Program-made: the position numbers and the translations under genes
NCBI RefSeq assembly: GCF_024298765.1
Contig: NZ_CP101210.1
Length of the DNA: 64,000 nt
Source: Escherichia coli
Lineage (GTDB): Bacteria; Pseudomonadota; Gammaproteobacteria; Enterobacterales; Enterobacteriaceae
Strand: one strand, 5' to 3'
The notes under the pieces: model-generated
Database searches by the model: none
Seen by the model: only the letters and a program-made list of their open reading frames with translations
What the model was told of the DNA's origin: nothing
Shown here: one piece after another, positions 10,765 to 22,753 of the stretch
How positions within the stretch are numbered: the first letter of the stretch is position 1
Layout of the letters: each line of letters starts with the position of its first letter

Positions 10765-12327
10765 ATGAACTCGTTTTCACTTCTGACAACCCCGTGGTTG
10801 CCCGTTCGTTTTAAAGACGGAACAACAGGCAAACTGGCGCCAGTCCATCTGGCGGATGAAAATGTTGTCGATATAGCTGCGCCGCGGGCAGATCTCCAGG
10901 GGGCGGCATGGCAGTTTTTGCTGGGGCTACTACAAACCAGCTTCGCGCCAAAAGATCATCGTCGTTGGGATGATATCTGGGAAGACGGACTGGAAGCTGA
11001 AAAGCTACGGGAGGCATTGCTGCCATTAGAGCACGCTTTCCAGTTTGGGCCAGATTCCCCTTCATTTATGCAGGATTTTGAGGCGCTCACGGGAGATAAA
11101 GTTCCGGTCGCTTCGCTACTGCCTGAGATTCCCGGCGTTCAAACAACAAAGTTTAATAAAGACCACTTTATCAAGCGTGGTGTAACGGAACACCTGTGCC
11201 CACAGTGTTCTGCACTAGCCTTGTTCTCTCTACAGTTAAATGCGCCGTCAGGCGGCAAAGGCTATCGCACCGGCTTACGCGGCGGTGGGCCGATGACTAC
11301 TCTGATTGAATTACAGGAATATCAGGGCAATCAACAAACTCCCTTGTGGCGCAAAATGTGGCTCAACGTGATGCCGCAGGATGAAGCCGACTTACCGCTA
11401 CCCAAAAAATTTGACGGTCTGGTTTTCCCCTGGCTTGGCCCGACGCGCACCAGCGAACTGGCCGGTGCGGTGGTAACCGATGATCAGGTTAATAAACTCC
11501 AGGCGTACTGGGGAATGCCGCGGCGTATTCGTATTGATTTTAATACCACGACAGTCGGCAACTGCGATATTTGCGGCGAGCAGAACGACGCGCTCCTGAG
11601 CCTGATGACGACCAAAAATTACGGTGCGAATTATGCCATGTGGCAGCATCCTTTAACGCCTTACCGTATACCACTTAAAGAGGGTGGCGAGTTTTACTCG
11701 GTCAAACCACAACCGGGCGGTTTAATCTGGCGCGACTGGTTAGGCCTTATCGAAACGGGTAAGTCAGAAAACAATACGGAACTTCCTGCACTGGTGGTGA
11801 AACTCTTTAATGCCAGCAGTCTGAAACAGGCAAAAGTGGGCCTATGGGGATTTGGTTATGATTTTGACAACATGAAAGCGCGCTGTTGGTACGAACACCA
11901 TTTCCCGCTACTGCTCAATAAAAAAGAAGGCCAGATACCGAAGCTGCGGCTGGCTGCGCAAACGGCTTCACGGATTCTGAGTCTGTTACGGAGTGCATTG
12001 AAAGAAGCATGGTTCTCCGATCCAAAAGGTGTAAGGGGTGATTTCAGTTTTGTGGATATCGACTTCTGGAACAAAACTCAGCATCGCTTCCTGAGGTTAG
12101 TGCGCCAAATTGAAGAAGGTCAGGATGCGGATGAATTACTCGGCAAATGGCAAAAGGAAATTTGGTTATTCGCGCGTCAGGATTTTGACGAGCGTGTATT
12201 CACTAATCCTTATGAGCCCGTTGATTTGAAACGCGTCATGACCGCGCGCAAGAAATATTTTACAACATCGGCGGAGAAGCAAAGTGCTAAAGCCGCCAGG
12301 GAGAAAAAGCAGGAGGCTGCTGAATGA
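10765..12327 (+). CDS. casA: Cascade large subunit Cse1/CasA (Cas8e)
   Basis: Track ORF 10696..12327; likely start ATG 10765 (MNSFSLLTTPWLPV) preceded by GAGAGG; position and size match the Cascade large subunit. Confidence 0.8.
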   Translation: MNSFSLLTTPWLPVRFKDGTTGKLAPVHLADENVVDIAAPRADLQGAAWQFLLGLLQTSFAPKDHRRWDDIWEDGLEAEKLREALLPLEHAFQFGPDSPSFMQDFEALTGDKVPVASLLPEIPGVQTTKFNKDHFIKRGVTEHLCPQCSALALFSLQLNAPSGGKGYRTGLRGGGPMTTLIELQEYQGNQQTPLWRKMWLNVMPQDEADLPLPKKFDGLVFPWLGPTRTSELAGAVVTDDQVNKLQAYWGMPRRIRIDFNTTTVGNCDICGEQNDALLSLMTTKNYGANYAMWQHPLTPYRIPLKEGGEFYSVKPQPGGLIWRDWLGLIETGKSENNTELPALVVKLFNASSLKQAKVGLWGFGYDFDNMKARCWYEHHFPLLLNKKEGQIPKLRLAAQTASRILSLLRSALKEAWFSDPKGVRGDFSFVDIDFWNKTQHRFLRLVRQIEEGQDADELLGKWQKEIWLFARQDFDERVFTNPYEPVDLKRVMTARKKYFTTSAEKQSAKAAREKKQEAAE

Positions 12328-12860
12328 GTATTGTAAAAGAGGAGCACAAAGCCACGCTGCGTAAATGGCACGAAGAGTTGCAGGAAAAACGCGGCAATCG
12401 TGCCAGTCTGCGGCGTAGCACAACGGTTAATGATGTTTGTCTGTCAGAAGGGTTTCGTTCTCTGCTGATGCAGACCCACACGTTGTGGAAAATTGAATCA
12501 CAGGAGTGGCGTTTTACCGCACTGGCGCTGGTTGCCGCCGTTGCCGCCAATGTAAAAGCCATTGATGAACGGCAGCCTTTTGCCGCGCAGTTGGCGGCGG
12601 TAATGTCTGAGGGGCGTTTTACTCGCCTGTCGGCAGTCAAAACGCCGGATGAATTACTGCGCCAGTTACGTCGCGCGGTCAAATTATTAAATGGTTCCGT
12701 CAATCTTATCTCTTTGGCAGACGATATTTTCCGCTGGTGCCAGGAGAGCGACGATCTGCTCAATCATCACCGCCGCCAGCAGCGGCCAACAGAATTTATC
12801 CGTATCCGCTGGGCGCTGGAATATTACCAGGCTGGCGACGCCGATAACGAACAAAATTAA
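12324..12860 (+). CDS. casB: Cascade small subunit Cse2/CasB (Cas11)
   Basis: 178-aa ORF; start overlaps the cse1 stop (ATGA); AGGAGG RBS; position in operon. Confidence 0.8.
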   Translation: MSIVKEEHKATLRKWHEELQEKRGNRASLRRSTTVNDVCLSEGFRSLLMQTHTLWKIESQEWRFTALALVAAVAANVKAIDERQPFAAQLAAVMSEGRFTRLSAVKTPDELLRQLRRAVKLLNGSVNLISLADDIFRWCQESDDLLNHHRRQQRPTEFIRIRWALEYYQAGDADNEQN

Positions 12861-12874
12861 TAAAGGACTATCTC

Positions 12875-13930
12875 ATGACGACATTTATTCAGCTTCATTT
12901 GTTAACCGCTTACCCTGCTGCCAACCTTAACCGTGATGACACCGGTGCGCCAAAAACTGTGGTACTGGGTGGAGCAACGCGTCTGCGCGTTTCCTCACAA
13001 AGTCTGAAACGTGCGTGGCGCACTTCTGCACTTTTTGAACAGGCACTGGCGGGCCATATTGGTATTCGCAGTGGGCGTATTGCGCGTGAGGCGGCAACTA
13101 TCCTGATTGAGAAAGGCATCGAAGAGAAAAAAGCCATCGAATGGGCGGCAAAAATTGCGGATTATCTTGGGAAAGCTAAAAACGACAAAAAACCAAAAGA
13201 TCCGCTCACTAACGCCGAAACTGAACAGCTAGTCCATATCAGCCCGGCAGAATTTGACGCCGTAAAAGCGCTGGCCCATCAACTGGCCGAAGAAAAGCGC
13301 GCGCCAAAAGAGGAAGATCTCGCTTTGTTACGTAAAGATCGCATGGCGGTAGATATCGCTATGTTTGGTCGTATGCTGGCGAATAAACCCGAATTTAATG
13401 TTGAAGCCGCCTGCCAGGTCGCGCATGCATTTGGTGTCAGTGAAACGATTGTCGAAGATGATTTTTTCACCGCCGTTGATGATTTGCGCCAGGCTTCTGA
13501 AGATGCCGGTGCCGGGCATCTTGGTGAAACCGGATTCGGTTCTGCGCTGTTCTACACCTATATCTGCATCGATAAAGATCTGCTGGTCGAAAACCTCGGC
13601 GGTGACGAAGCGTTAGCTAATCAGACCTTGCGCGCCTTTACGGAAGCCGCACTTAAAGTCTCCCCAACCGGCAAACAGAACAGCTTTGCCAGCCGTGCCT
13701 ACGCCTCCTGGGCGCTGGCAGAAAAAGGCACTGAACAACCACGCTCTCTGGCGGCGGCTTTCTATGAACCCATTAATGGCACCCTCCAGTTAGATGTGGC
13801 GGTGCAGCGTATTACAACGCTTCGCGAAAATATGAATACGGTCTATGAACAGAAGACCGAATGTGCAAGCTTTGACGTGATGAACAAACAGGGAAGCATG
13901 AAGGACGTGCTGGACTTTATCTGCGCGTAA
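12875..13930 (+). CDS. casC: Cascade backbone subunit Cas7e/CasC
   Basis: 351-aa ORF; N-terminus MTTFIQLHLLTAYPAANLNRDDTGAPKT recognised as the CasC family. Confidence 0.9.
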   Translation: MTTFIQLHLLTAYPAANLNRDDTGAPKTVVLGGATRLRVSSQSLKRAWRTSALFEQALAGHIGIRSGRIAREAATILIEKGIEEKKAIEWAAKIADYLGKAKNDKKPKDPLTNAETEQLVHISPAEFDAVKALAHQLAEEKRAPKEEDLALLRKDRMAVDIAMFGRMLANKPEFNVEAACQVAHAFGVSETIVEDDFFTAVDDLRQASEDAGAGHLGETGFGSALFYTYICIDKDLLVENLGGDEALANQTLRAFTEAALKVSPTGKQNSFASRAYASWALAEKGTEQPRSLAAAFYEPINGTLQLDVAVQRITTLRENMNTVYEQKTECASFDVMNKQGSMKDVLDFICA

Positions 13931-13940
13931 GGGGCGGCTA

Positions 13941-14687
13941 ATGAGCCAATATTTGATTTTTCAGCTTCATGGGCCAATGGCATCCTGGGGCGTCGATGCC
14001 CCTGGCGAAGTGCGTCATACCCATGAACTGCCTTCGCGCTCAGCATTGCTGGGGCTGCTGGCTGCCGGGGTAGGGATTCGGCGTGATGATACCGAACGAT
14101 TAAACGCGTTTAACCGCCACTATTCACTGGTGGTTTGCGCCAGCCGTAACCCGCGCTGGGCACGGGATTATCACACGGTCCAGATGCCAAAAGAGGTGCG
14201 TAAAGCGCGTTATTTCAGCCGTCGCGAAGAGTTGAGCGCCCCTGATCTTCTGAGCGCGATTATCTCCCGGCGCGACTACTACACCGATGCCTGGTGGATG
14301 GTGGCGGTGGCAACAACCCCCGATGCGCCTTACAGCCTTGAACAGTTGCAGGACGGTTTACGTCATCCGGTTTTTCCGCTTTATCTGGGGCGAAAAAGTC
14401 ATCCGCTGGCGTTACCACTTGCGCCGTTACTGCTCGAAGGCAACGCGTCTGATGTCTTACGTAACGCATACCAACAGTATCAGGATAGTTTCCGCGAACT
14501 GAAAGTCTCACTCCCGAAACTTCAGGATGAATGCTGGTGGGAAGGGGAACACGACGGCCTGGTCGCGAGCAAAATATTACGTCGCCGGGATGTTCCTTTA
14601 AATCGTCAGCAGTGGCTGTTTGGGGAACGCACCATCAATCAGGGGCCGTGGCTCAGCAAGGAGGAACCATGTACCTCTCAAGAATAA
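13941..14687 (+). CDS. casD: Cascade subunit Cas5e/CasD
   Basis: 248-aa ORF; N-terminus MSQYLIFQLHGPMASWG recognised as the Cas5e family. Confidence 0.85.
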   Translation: MSQYLIFQLHGPMASWGVDAPGEVRHTHELPSRSALLGLLAAGVGIRRDDTERLNAFNRHYSLVVCASRNPRWARDYHTVQMPKEVRKARYFSRREELSAPDLLSAIISRRDYYTDAWWMVAVATTPDAPYSLEQLQDGLRHPVFPLYLGRKSHPLALPLAPLLLEGNASDVLRNAYQQYQDSFRELKVSLPKLQDECWWEGEHDGLVASKILRRRDVPLNRQQWLFGERTINQGPWLSKEEPCTSQE

Positions 14688-15315
14688 CCTTACATACCGG
14701 CCAGCTTTCCCCAGCGCAGTTGCTGCATCTGGTGGATCGCGGTGAATATGTAATGCATCAGTGGCTGTGGGATCTTTTTCCTGGCGGCAAAGAAAGGCAA
14801 TTTCTTTATCGTCGGGAAGAACTCCAGGGGGCGTTTCGCTTTTTTGTCCTGTCGCAGGAACGCCCGGCGGAAAGTGATATTTTCACCATCGAATGCCGAC
14901 CATTTGCGCCAGAGTTGCGTACCGGACAATCCCTTTGTTTCAACCTGCGGGCGAATCCAACAATTTGTAAAGCGGGCAAACGCCACGACTTGCTGATGGA
15001 GGCGAAACGGCAGGTGAGGGGGCAGGTGGAAGGAAGTGATGTCTGGTTGCATCAACAACAGGCTGCGCTGGACTGGCTGGCAGCGCAGGGGGAGAGAAGC
15101 GGTTTTACACTGCTGGATACTTCGGTTGATGCCTACCGACAACAGCAACTGCGGCGGGAAAACTCCCGGCAACTGATCCAGTTCAGTAGCGTGGATTATA
15201 CGGGGATGCTTACGGTCACCGATCCTGGGTTATTTCTGCAACGTCTCAGTCAGGGGTATGGCAAAAGCCGGGCGTTCGGTTGTGGTCTGATGCTGATCAA
15301 ACCCGGAGCAGAGGC

Positions 15316-15319
<4 letters not shown>
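14669..15319 (+). CDS. casE: CRISPR RNA endoribonuclease Cas6e/CasE
   Basis: Track ORF 14531..15319; likely start ATG 14669 (MYLSRITL) with AAGGAGG RBS; glycine-rich C-terminal GCGLM loop typical of Cas6e. Confidence 0.85.
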
Positions 15320-16529
<1,210 letters not shown>

Positions 16530-16625
16530 GTTATCCGTTCTTTAAAAATAAGGAAATGTTTTAATTTAGTTGGTAGATTGTTGATGCGGAATAAATTTGT
16601 TTAAAAACAGTTATGTATGCTTAGT
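16530..16625 (+). promoter_or_regulatory. CRISPR leader (AT-rich, array promoter and integration site)
   Basis: About 96-bp AT-rich segment between the cas2 stop and the first repeat. Confidence 0.6.
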
Positions 16626-17935
16626 GTGTTCCCCGCGCCAGCGGGGATAAACCGCATTGAAAACATTGCCTTTATTTTATTTTTTGGTGTTCCCCGCGCC
16701 AGCGGGGATAAACCGGTGCCGCCGCTGGGCACTTCCTTCCCGTGAGTGTGTTCCCCGCGCCAGCGGGGATAAACCGCCCTGATAGCGTCCAGTTGAATGC
16801 GCGCCCGCGTGTTCCCCGCGCCAGCGGGGATAAACCGGCAGGCACGGGCAATATCAGACTCGGTCAAAGGTGTTCCCCGCGCCAGCGGGGATAAACCGCT
16901 CGGTTGTTTTCATATTACCGGCCTGCCACTGTGTTCCCCGCGCCAGCGGGGATAAACCGACAATATCCCGGACCGGGCGCTGATTTAGTCAGTGTTCCCC
17001 GCGCCAGCGGGGATAAACCGCGGACGGTGGGAATATAGAAAATCCGTCCACCGTGTTCCCCGCGCCAGCGGGGATAAACCGTTATACTCTTTTCATCGAC
17101 TAAGGAGGGGAGGGTGTTCCCCGCGCCAGCGGGGATAAACCGCAATAACGCAGCATCCAGGAAGCTGTTTCCGCGTGTTCCCCGCGCCAGCGGGGATAAA
17201 CCGCGATCGGTGAAGAGGTCCGCGAAATACTCACTGTGTTCCCCGCGCCAGCGGGGATAAACCGGCGATAGTTGATTCAGCCGCGCCAGCGAATGTGTGT
17301 TCCCCGCGCCAGCGGGGATAAACCGGGGCCGCCGCGAATTTACACACGATTCAATACGTGTTCCCCGCGCCAGCGGGGATAAACCGAACTGGTGCGCGAC
17401 GGCTGGCTAACAAAACGAGTGTTCCCCGCGCCAGCGGGGATAAACCGCGTGGCTGCGCTGGCCGTTGCAGCAGTTTGATGTGTTCCCCGCGCCAGCGGGG
17501 ATAAACCGCGTAAACGCCCCGTCGCCATTAATTTCGGGGTGTGTTCCCCGCGCCAGCGGGGATAAACCGTGGGATGAGCAAATAACGTCGTTTCCTAGAA
17601 AGTGTTCCCCGCGCCAGCGGGGATAAACCGCCGCCGTGCCAGTGATCCTCATACGGCCTGTTGTGTTCCCCGCGCCAGCGGGGATAAACCGAAATTAAGA
17701 ACGGCGTAAACGACGGCAGCATGGTGTTCCCCGCGCCAGCGGGGATAAACCGGTGATGATTCAGAGCAGACATTAGCCCGCGCTGTGTTCCCCGCGCCAG
17801 CGGGGATAAACCGGGTAAAAACACGGTCTGAACCGACATTCATGTGTGTTCCCCGCGTCAGCGGGGATAAACCGGACGCACTGGATGCGATGATGGATAT
17901 CACTTAGAATTCCCCGCCCCTGCGGTAGAACTCCC
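16626..17935 (+). CRISPR. Type I-E CRISPR array: 21 repeats of GTGTTCCCCGCGCCAGCGGGGATAAACCG plus a degenerate terminal repeat, 21 spacers of 32 nt
   Basis: Repeats counted by hand at 16626, 16687, 16748 ... 17846 with an exact 61-bp period. Repeat 21 (17846-17874) carries one substitution (GCGTCAGCG); the terminal repeat 17907-17935 (GAATTCCCCGCCCCTGCGGTAGAACTCCC) matches about 18/29. Confidence 0.97.
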
Positions 17936-17955
17936 AACTCCCATTTTCATACCCA

Positions 17956-18993
17956 TCAAGACGCCTTCGCCAGCTCCTTCACCAGCGGTAGCATTATCCG
18001 CATAACATCACGGCAGCGACGTTCTATTCTTCCTGGAAGTGCCTTATCAATATGTTGTTGATTATCCAGTCTTACGTCATGCCAGCTATTTCCCGCAGGG
18101 AATGCAGCTGTTTTTGCGCGTTGCTGATAACCATCCTTATTCCCAAGATTCCAATTTGTTGCTTCTACCGAAAGTACGGCAATACCGGCTTTGTCGAAAA
18201 CTTCGGCGTCATTACAACAGCCAGTACCCTTCGGATAATTTTTATTCAAACCCGGATTGGTCGTTGCGGCAATTCCATGACTACGCGCAATTGCCAGCGC
18301 CCTGTCGTGCGTTAATTTCCTTACTGCTTCAGGGGTTTTTACACCGCTGTTGAAATACAATTTATCGCCAACAATTAAGTTATCGAGATTAATCACCAGC
18401 AGCGTATTTTTCTTTTCGGTGTCACTCATCCGCTTGAGTAAATTCTCAGCGCCTAATTTTCCTTCCTCTTCGCCGCTGGTCGCCACAAATCGAATACCAT
18501 ACTCGGTAGGCGTATTTTTCAGGCGTTCAGCCAGTTCCAGCATGACACCTAAACCTGCGGCGTTATCATCCATTCCTTGTAACGTTAGCCCGCCGAGATT
18601 GGCATCGGCGTCAGCATCGCTCAGCGGGGCGTAAGTATCCAGATGCGCCATAATGATGATCTGCTGCGGCGCTTTGCCTTCATGAGCGGCAATCACCGTA
18701 CTTCCCGTCACGTTATGCCAGCTCTTGCGATTATCGCGGGCGGTATAAATATACCGACTATTAAATGTCCGAATATCACTGCGATAACCCATTTGCTGAA
18801 ACTGCTGGCGAATATAATCGGCAGATAACATTTCTGCAGGAGTTCCGGTCATGCGTCCCGGAAAGAAAGTAGCAATATGTCGTGCCTGGGTATTAGCAAA
18901 ATCGCCAGGTTTAGGTGACGAGGCGTGTACGGGGAGAATAAAGCATACGCCGAGCGCCAGGGCAGCGGTACGGTGGCGCAATGCGGAAAACAT
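17956..18993 (-). CDS. iap: alkaline phosphatase isozyme conversion aminopeptidase
   Basis: 345-aa ORF with signal peptide; recognised as Iap; convergent with the CRISPR array as in E. coli. Confidence 0.9.
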   Translation of the reverse strand: MFSALRHRTAALALGVCFILPVHASSPKPGDFANTQARHIATFFPGRMTGTPAEMLSADYIRQQFQQMGYRSDIRTFNSRYIYTARDNRKSWHNVTGSTVIAAHEGKAPQQIIIMAHLDTYAPLSDADADANLGGLTLQGMDDNAAGLGVMLELAERLKNTPTEYGIRFVATSGEEEGKLGAENLLKRMSDTEKKNTLLVINLDNLIVGDKLYFNSGVKTPEAVRKLTHDRALAIARSHGIAATTNPGLNKNYPKGTGCCNDAEVFDKAGIAVLSVEATNWNLGNKDGYQQRAKTAAFPAGNSWHDVRLDNQQHIDKALPGRIERRCRDVMRIMLPLVKELAKAS

Positions 18994-19244
18994 AGTGAGT
19001 CCTTAAATACCATGCAAATTTTTTTACCGCCATAGTATGAAACTGCCGCTGCGCTAAAACAATTTCAAATCTTCCTAAACGCCCGAAATCCGGTGCCTTA
19101 AGCACTTTTTGATATTAGCTTTGCCAAATCGTTATTCCGTTAAGGAACTACTCATTCTAATTGGTAATTTCATTCGTTCTCTTACGCTCCCTATAGTCGA
19201 AACATCTGATGGCAAGAAAATAGCGGTATTGCAAAGGAACGGTT

Positions 19245-20153
19245 ATGGATCAAAAACGACTTACTCACCTGCGGCAACTGGAGGCGGAAAGCATCCACAT
19301 TATTCGCGAGGTGGCGGCAGAATTCTCAAATCCGGTGATGCTCTACTCTATCGGTAAAGATTCCAGCGTCATGCTGCATCTGGCGCGCAAGGCGTTTTAT
19401 CCAGGTACGCTGCCTTTCCCGTTGCTGCATGTCGATACCGGCTGGAAATTCCGCGAGATGTATGAGTTCCGCGATCGTACGGCTAAAGCCTACGGCTGCG
19501 AGCTGCTGGTGCATAAAAACCCGGAAGGCGTGGCGATGGGGATTAATCCATTCGTTCATGGCAGCGCGAAACATACCGATATTATGAAAACTGAAGGCCT
19601 GAAACAGGCGCTGAATAAATACGGTTTTGATGCCGCCTTCGGTGGTGCGCGCCGTGACGAAGAGAAATCCCGCGCTAAAGAGCGAATCTACTCTTTCCGT
19701 GACCGCTTCCATCGCTGGGATCCGAAAAATCAGCGCCCGGAGCTGTGGCACAACTACAACGGGCAAATTAACAAAGGCGAAAGCATTCGCGTCTTCCCGC
19801 TCTCTAACTGGACCGAGCAGGATATCTGGCAATACATCTGGCTGGAAAATATCGACATTGTTCCGCTGTATCTCGCTGCGGAACGTCCGGTTCTGGAACG
19901 CGACGGTATGTTGATGATGATTGATGACAACCGTATCGACCTGCAACCGGGCGAAGTGATCAAAAAACGGATGGTGCGTTTCCGTACGCTGGGCTGCTGG
20001 CCGCTGACCGGTGCGGTGGAGTCAAATGCACAAACACTGCCGGAGATCATCGAAGAGATGCTGGTTTCCACCACCAGTGAACGTCAGGGCCGCGTGATTG
20101 ACCGCGACCAGGCGGGGTCTATGGAGCTGAAAAAACGTCAGGGGTATTTTTAA
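19245..20153 (+). CDS. cysD: sulfate adenylyltransferase subunit 2
   Basis: 302-aa ORF recognised as CysD (PAPS reductase-like fold, SIGKDSSV motif). Confidence 0.95.
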   Translation: MDQKRLTHLRQLEAESIHIIREVAAEFSNPVMLYSIGKDSSVMLHLARKAFYPGTLPFPLLHVDTGWKFREMYEFRDRTAKAYGCELLVHKNPEGVAMGINPFVHGSAKHTDIMKTEGLKQALNKYGFDAAFGGARRDEEKSRAKERIYSFRDRFHRWDPKNQRPELWHNYNGQINKGESIRVFPLSNWTEQDIWQYIWLENIDIVPLYLAAERPVLERDGMLMMIDDNRIDLQPGEVIKKRMVRFRTLGCWPLTGAVESNAQTLPEIIEEMLVSTTSERQGRVIDRDQAGSMELKKRQGYF

Positions 20154-20154
20154 G

Positions 20155-21582
20155 ATGAACACCGCACTTGCACAACAAATCGCCAATGAAGGCGGCGTCG
20201 AAGCCTGGATGATTGCGCAACAACATAAAAGCCTGCTGCGTTTTCTGACCTGTGGTAGCGTCGATGACGGCAAAAGTACCCTGATTGGTCGCCTGCTGCA
20301 CGATACCCGCCAAATCTACGAAGATCAGCTCTCATCGCTGCATAACGACAGTAAGCGTCACGGCACCCAGGGCGAAAAGCTGGATCTGGCACTGCTGGTG
20401 GACGGCCTGCAAGCTGAGCGCGAACAGGGCATCACTATTGATGTGGCCTACCGCTATTTCTCTACCGAGAAGCGTAAATTTATTATCGCCGACACCCCAG
20501 GGCACGAGCAGTACACCCGCAATATGGCGACTGGCGCATCGACATGTGAACTGGCGATCTTACTGATCGATGCCCGTAAAGGCGTGCTCGATCAGACCCG
20601 TCGTCACAGTTTTATCTCCACACTGTTGGGGATCAAACATCTGGTCGTGGCGATCAACAAAATGGATCTGGTGGATTACAGTGAAGAGACGTTCACCCGT
20701 ATTCGTGAAGATTATCTGACTTTTGCCGGGCAGCTGCCGGGTAATCTGGATATCCGCTTTGTGCCGCTCTCCGCACTGGAAGGCGACAACGTGGCTTCGC
20801 AAAGTGAAAGTATGCCGTGGTACAGCGGTCCGACACTGCTCGAAGTGCTGGAAACCGTGGAGATCCAGCGAGTGGTGGATGCTCAGCCAATGCGCTTCCC
20901 GGTGCAGTACGTTAACCGTCCGAATCTCGATTTTCGTGGCTACGCCGGAACGCTGGCATCCGGTCGCGTGGAAGTCGGGCAACGTGTCAAAGTGCTGCCC
21001 TCTGGTGTGGAATCAAACGTCGCGCGGATCGTGACTTTTGATGGCGATCGCGAAGAAGCCTTTTCCGGAGAAGCGATCACCCTGGTGCTGACGGATGAGA
21101 TCGACATCAGCCGTGGCGATCTGCTGCTGGCGGCAGACGAAGCGTTACCGGCTGTGCAGAGCGCGTCGGTGGATGTGGTATGGATGGCGGAACAGCCGCT
21201 TTCCCCGGGCCAGAGTTATGACATCAAAATTGCCGGTAAGAAGACGCGTGCTCGTGTTGATGGCATTCGTTATCAGGTTGATATCAATAACCTTACCCAA
21301 CGCGAAGTTGAAAACCTGCCGCTGAACGGCATCGGCCTGGTAGATCTCACCTTTGACGAGCCACTGGTGTTAGATCGTTATCAGCAAAACCCGGTTACAG
21401 GTGGGCTGATTTTTATCGATCGCCTGAGTAATGTGACCGTAGGTGCCGGTATGGTGCACGAACCAGTTAGCCAGGCAACTGCTGCGCCATCTGAATTCAG
21501 TGCATTCGAACTGGAATTGAATGCCCTGGTTCGCCGCCATTTCCCGCATTGGGGTGCGCGCGATTTACTGGGAGATAAATAA
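20155..21582 (+). CDS. cysN: sulfate adenylyltransferase subunit 1 (GTPase)
   Basis: 475-aa ORF; GTPase motifs [18 protein letters not shown]; recognised as CysN. Confidence 0.95.
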   Translation: MNTALAQQIANEGGVEAWMIAQQHKSLLRFLTCGSVDDGKSTLIGRLLHDTRQIYEDQLSSLHNDSKRHGTQGEKLDLALLVDGLQAEREQGITIDVAYRYFSTEKRKFIIADTPGHEQYTRNMATGASTCELAILLIDARKGVLDQTRRHSFISTLLGIKHLVVAINKMDLVDYSEETFTRIREDYLTFAGQLPGNLDIRFVPLSALEGDNVASQSESMPWYSGPTLLEVLETVEIQRVVDAQPMRFPVQYVNRPNLDFRGYAGTLASGRVEVGQRVKVLPSGVESNVARIVTFDGDREEAFSGEAITLVLTDEIDISRGDLLLAADEALPAVQSASVDVVWMAEQPLSPGQSYDIKIAGKKTRARVDGIRYQVDINNLTQREVENLPLNGIGLVDLTFDEPLVLDRYQQNPVTGGLIFIDRLSNVTVGAGMVHEPVSQATAAPSEFSAFELELNALVRRHFPHWGARDLLGDK

Positions 21583-22187
21583 TGGCTCTGCATGACGAAA
21601 ACGTCGTCTGGCATAGCCACCCAGTAACTCCGCAACAACGCGAACAGCACCACGGTCATCGTGGTGTTGTGCTGTGGTTTACCGGCCTCTCTGGTTCCGG
21701 TAAATCAACCGTCGCGGGGGCGCTGGAGGAGGCGTTACATAAACTTGGCGTCAGTACGTATCTGCTGGATGGCGACAATGTTCGCCACGGATTATGCAGC
21801 GATCTCGGTTTTAGCGATGCCGATCGTAAAGAGAATATCCGTCGCGTCGGTGAAGTGGCGAATTTGATGGTTGAAGCCGGACTGGTGGTGCTGACCGCAT
21901 TCATCTCGCCACACCGCGCCGAACGCCAGATGGTTCGTGAACGCGTAGGAGAAGGGCGCTTTATCGAAGTGTTTGTCGATACGCCGCTGGCGATTTGCGA
22001 AGCCCGCGATCCAAAAGGCTTATATAAGAAAGCGCGTGCCGGTGAACTGCGCAACTTTACGGGAATAGATTCCGTTTACGAAGCGCCTGAATCGGCAGAA
22101 ATTCATCTCAATGGTGAACAATTAGTAACAAATTTGGTACAGCAATTATTAGATCTGTTGAGACAGAACGATATTATCAGATCCTGA
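21582..22187 (+). CDS. cysC: adenylyl-sulfate (APS) kinase
   Basis: 201-aa ORF; P-loop GLSGSGKST; recognised as CysC. Confidence 0.95.
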   Translation: MALHDENVVWHSHPVTPQQREQHHGHRGVVLWFTGLSGSGKSTVAGALEEALHKLGVSTYLLDGDNVRHGLCSDLGFSDADRKENIRRVGEVANLMVEAGLVVLTAFISPHRAERQMVRERVGEGRFIEVFVDTPLAICEARDPKGLYKKARAGELRNFTGIDSVYEAPESAEIHLNGEQLVTNLVQQLLDLLRQNDIIRS

Positions 22188-22236
22188 GACACCACCGGGT
22201 TTCCATGCCCGGTTCGTCAAAGTAACAGGATCAAAT

Positions 22237-22560
22237 ATGCGTAATAGCCATAACATTACACTAACAAATAACGACAGCCTTACTGAGGATGAAGAAACCA
22301 CATGGTCACTGCCTGGTGCCGTGGTCGGTTTTATCTCATGGTTATTTGCGCTGGCGATGCCGATGTTGATTTATGGCTCTAACACGCTGTTCTTCTTTAT
22401 CTACACCTGGCCTTTCTTTCTGGCACTGATGCCTGTCGCGGTAGTGGTGGGGATTGCGCTGCATTCATTGATGGACGGAAAGCTACGCTACAGTATTGTT
22501 TTCACCCTGGTGACAGTAGGCATTATGTTTGGCGCACTGTTTATGTGGCTACTGGGCTAA
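22237..22560 (+). CDS. ygbE: inner membrane protein YgbE (DUF3561)
   Basis: 107-aa hydrophobic ORF in the conserved position between cysC and ftsB. Confidence 0.75.
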   Translation: MRNSHNITLTNNDSLTEDEETTWSLPGAVVGFISWLFALAMPMLIYGSNTLFFFIYTWPFFLALMPVAVVVGIALHSLMDGKLRYSIVFTLVTVGIMFGALFMWLLG

Positions 22561-22753
22561 TTTGTACTTTCTTGTCTCCTCTGTTCATAATTCAAACCGT
22601 AACTAATAATGAGATTATGTTCTGCACGCCCTGGGTATACGTAACAATGGACAAATGTGGTACATTTGCCCGCGTTGTCGCGGTATCCCCAACAGAGGAT
22701 GTAGAGTCGTCTTCGGATGCATGGGATGATGATGCCGTTTTTCAGGGGGCAGG

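Noticed and set aside
16601-17903. Several minus-strand ORFs (62-103 aa) in the track with the recurring peptide RFIPAGAGNT / LSPLARGT / VYPRWRGEH
   Set aside because: They are translations of the CRISPR repeat in different frames; the periodic peptide motif comes from the 61-bp repeat unit, not from a gene.
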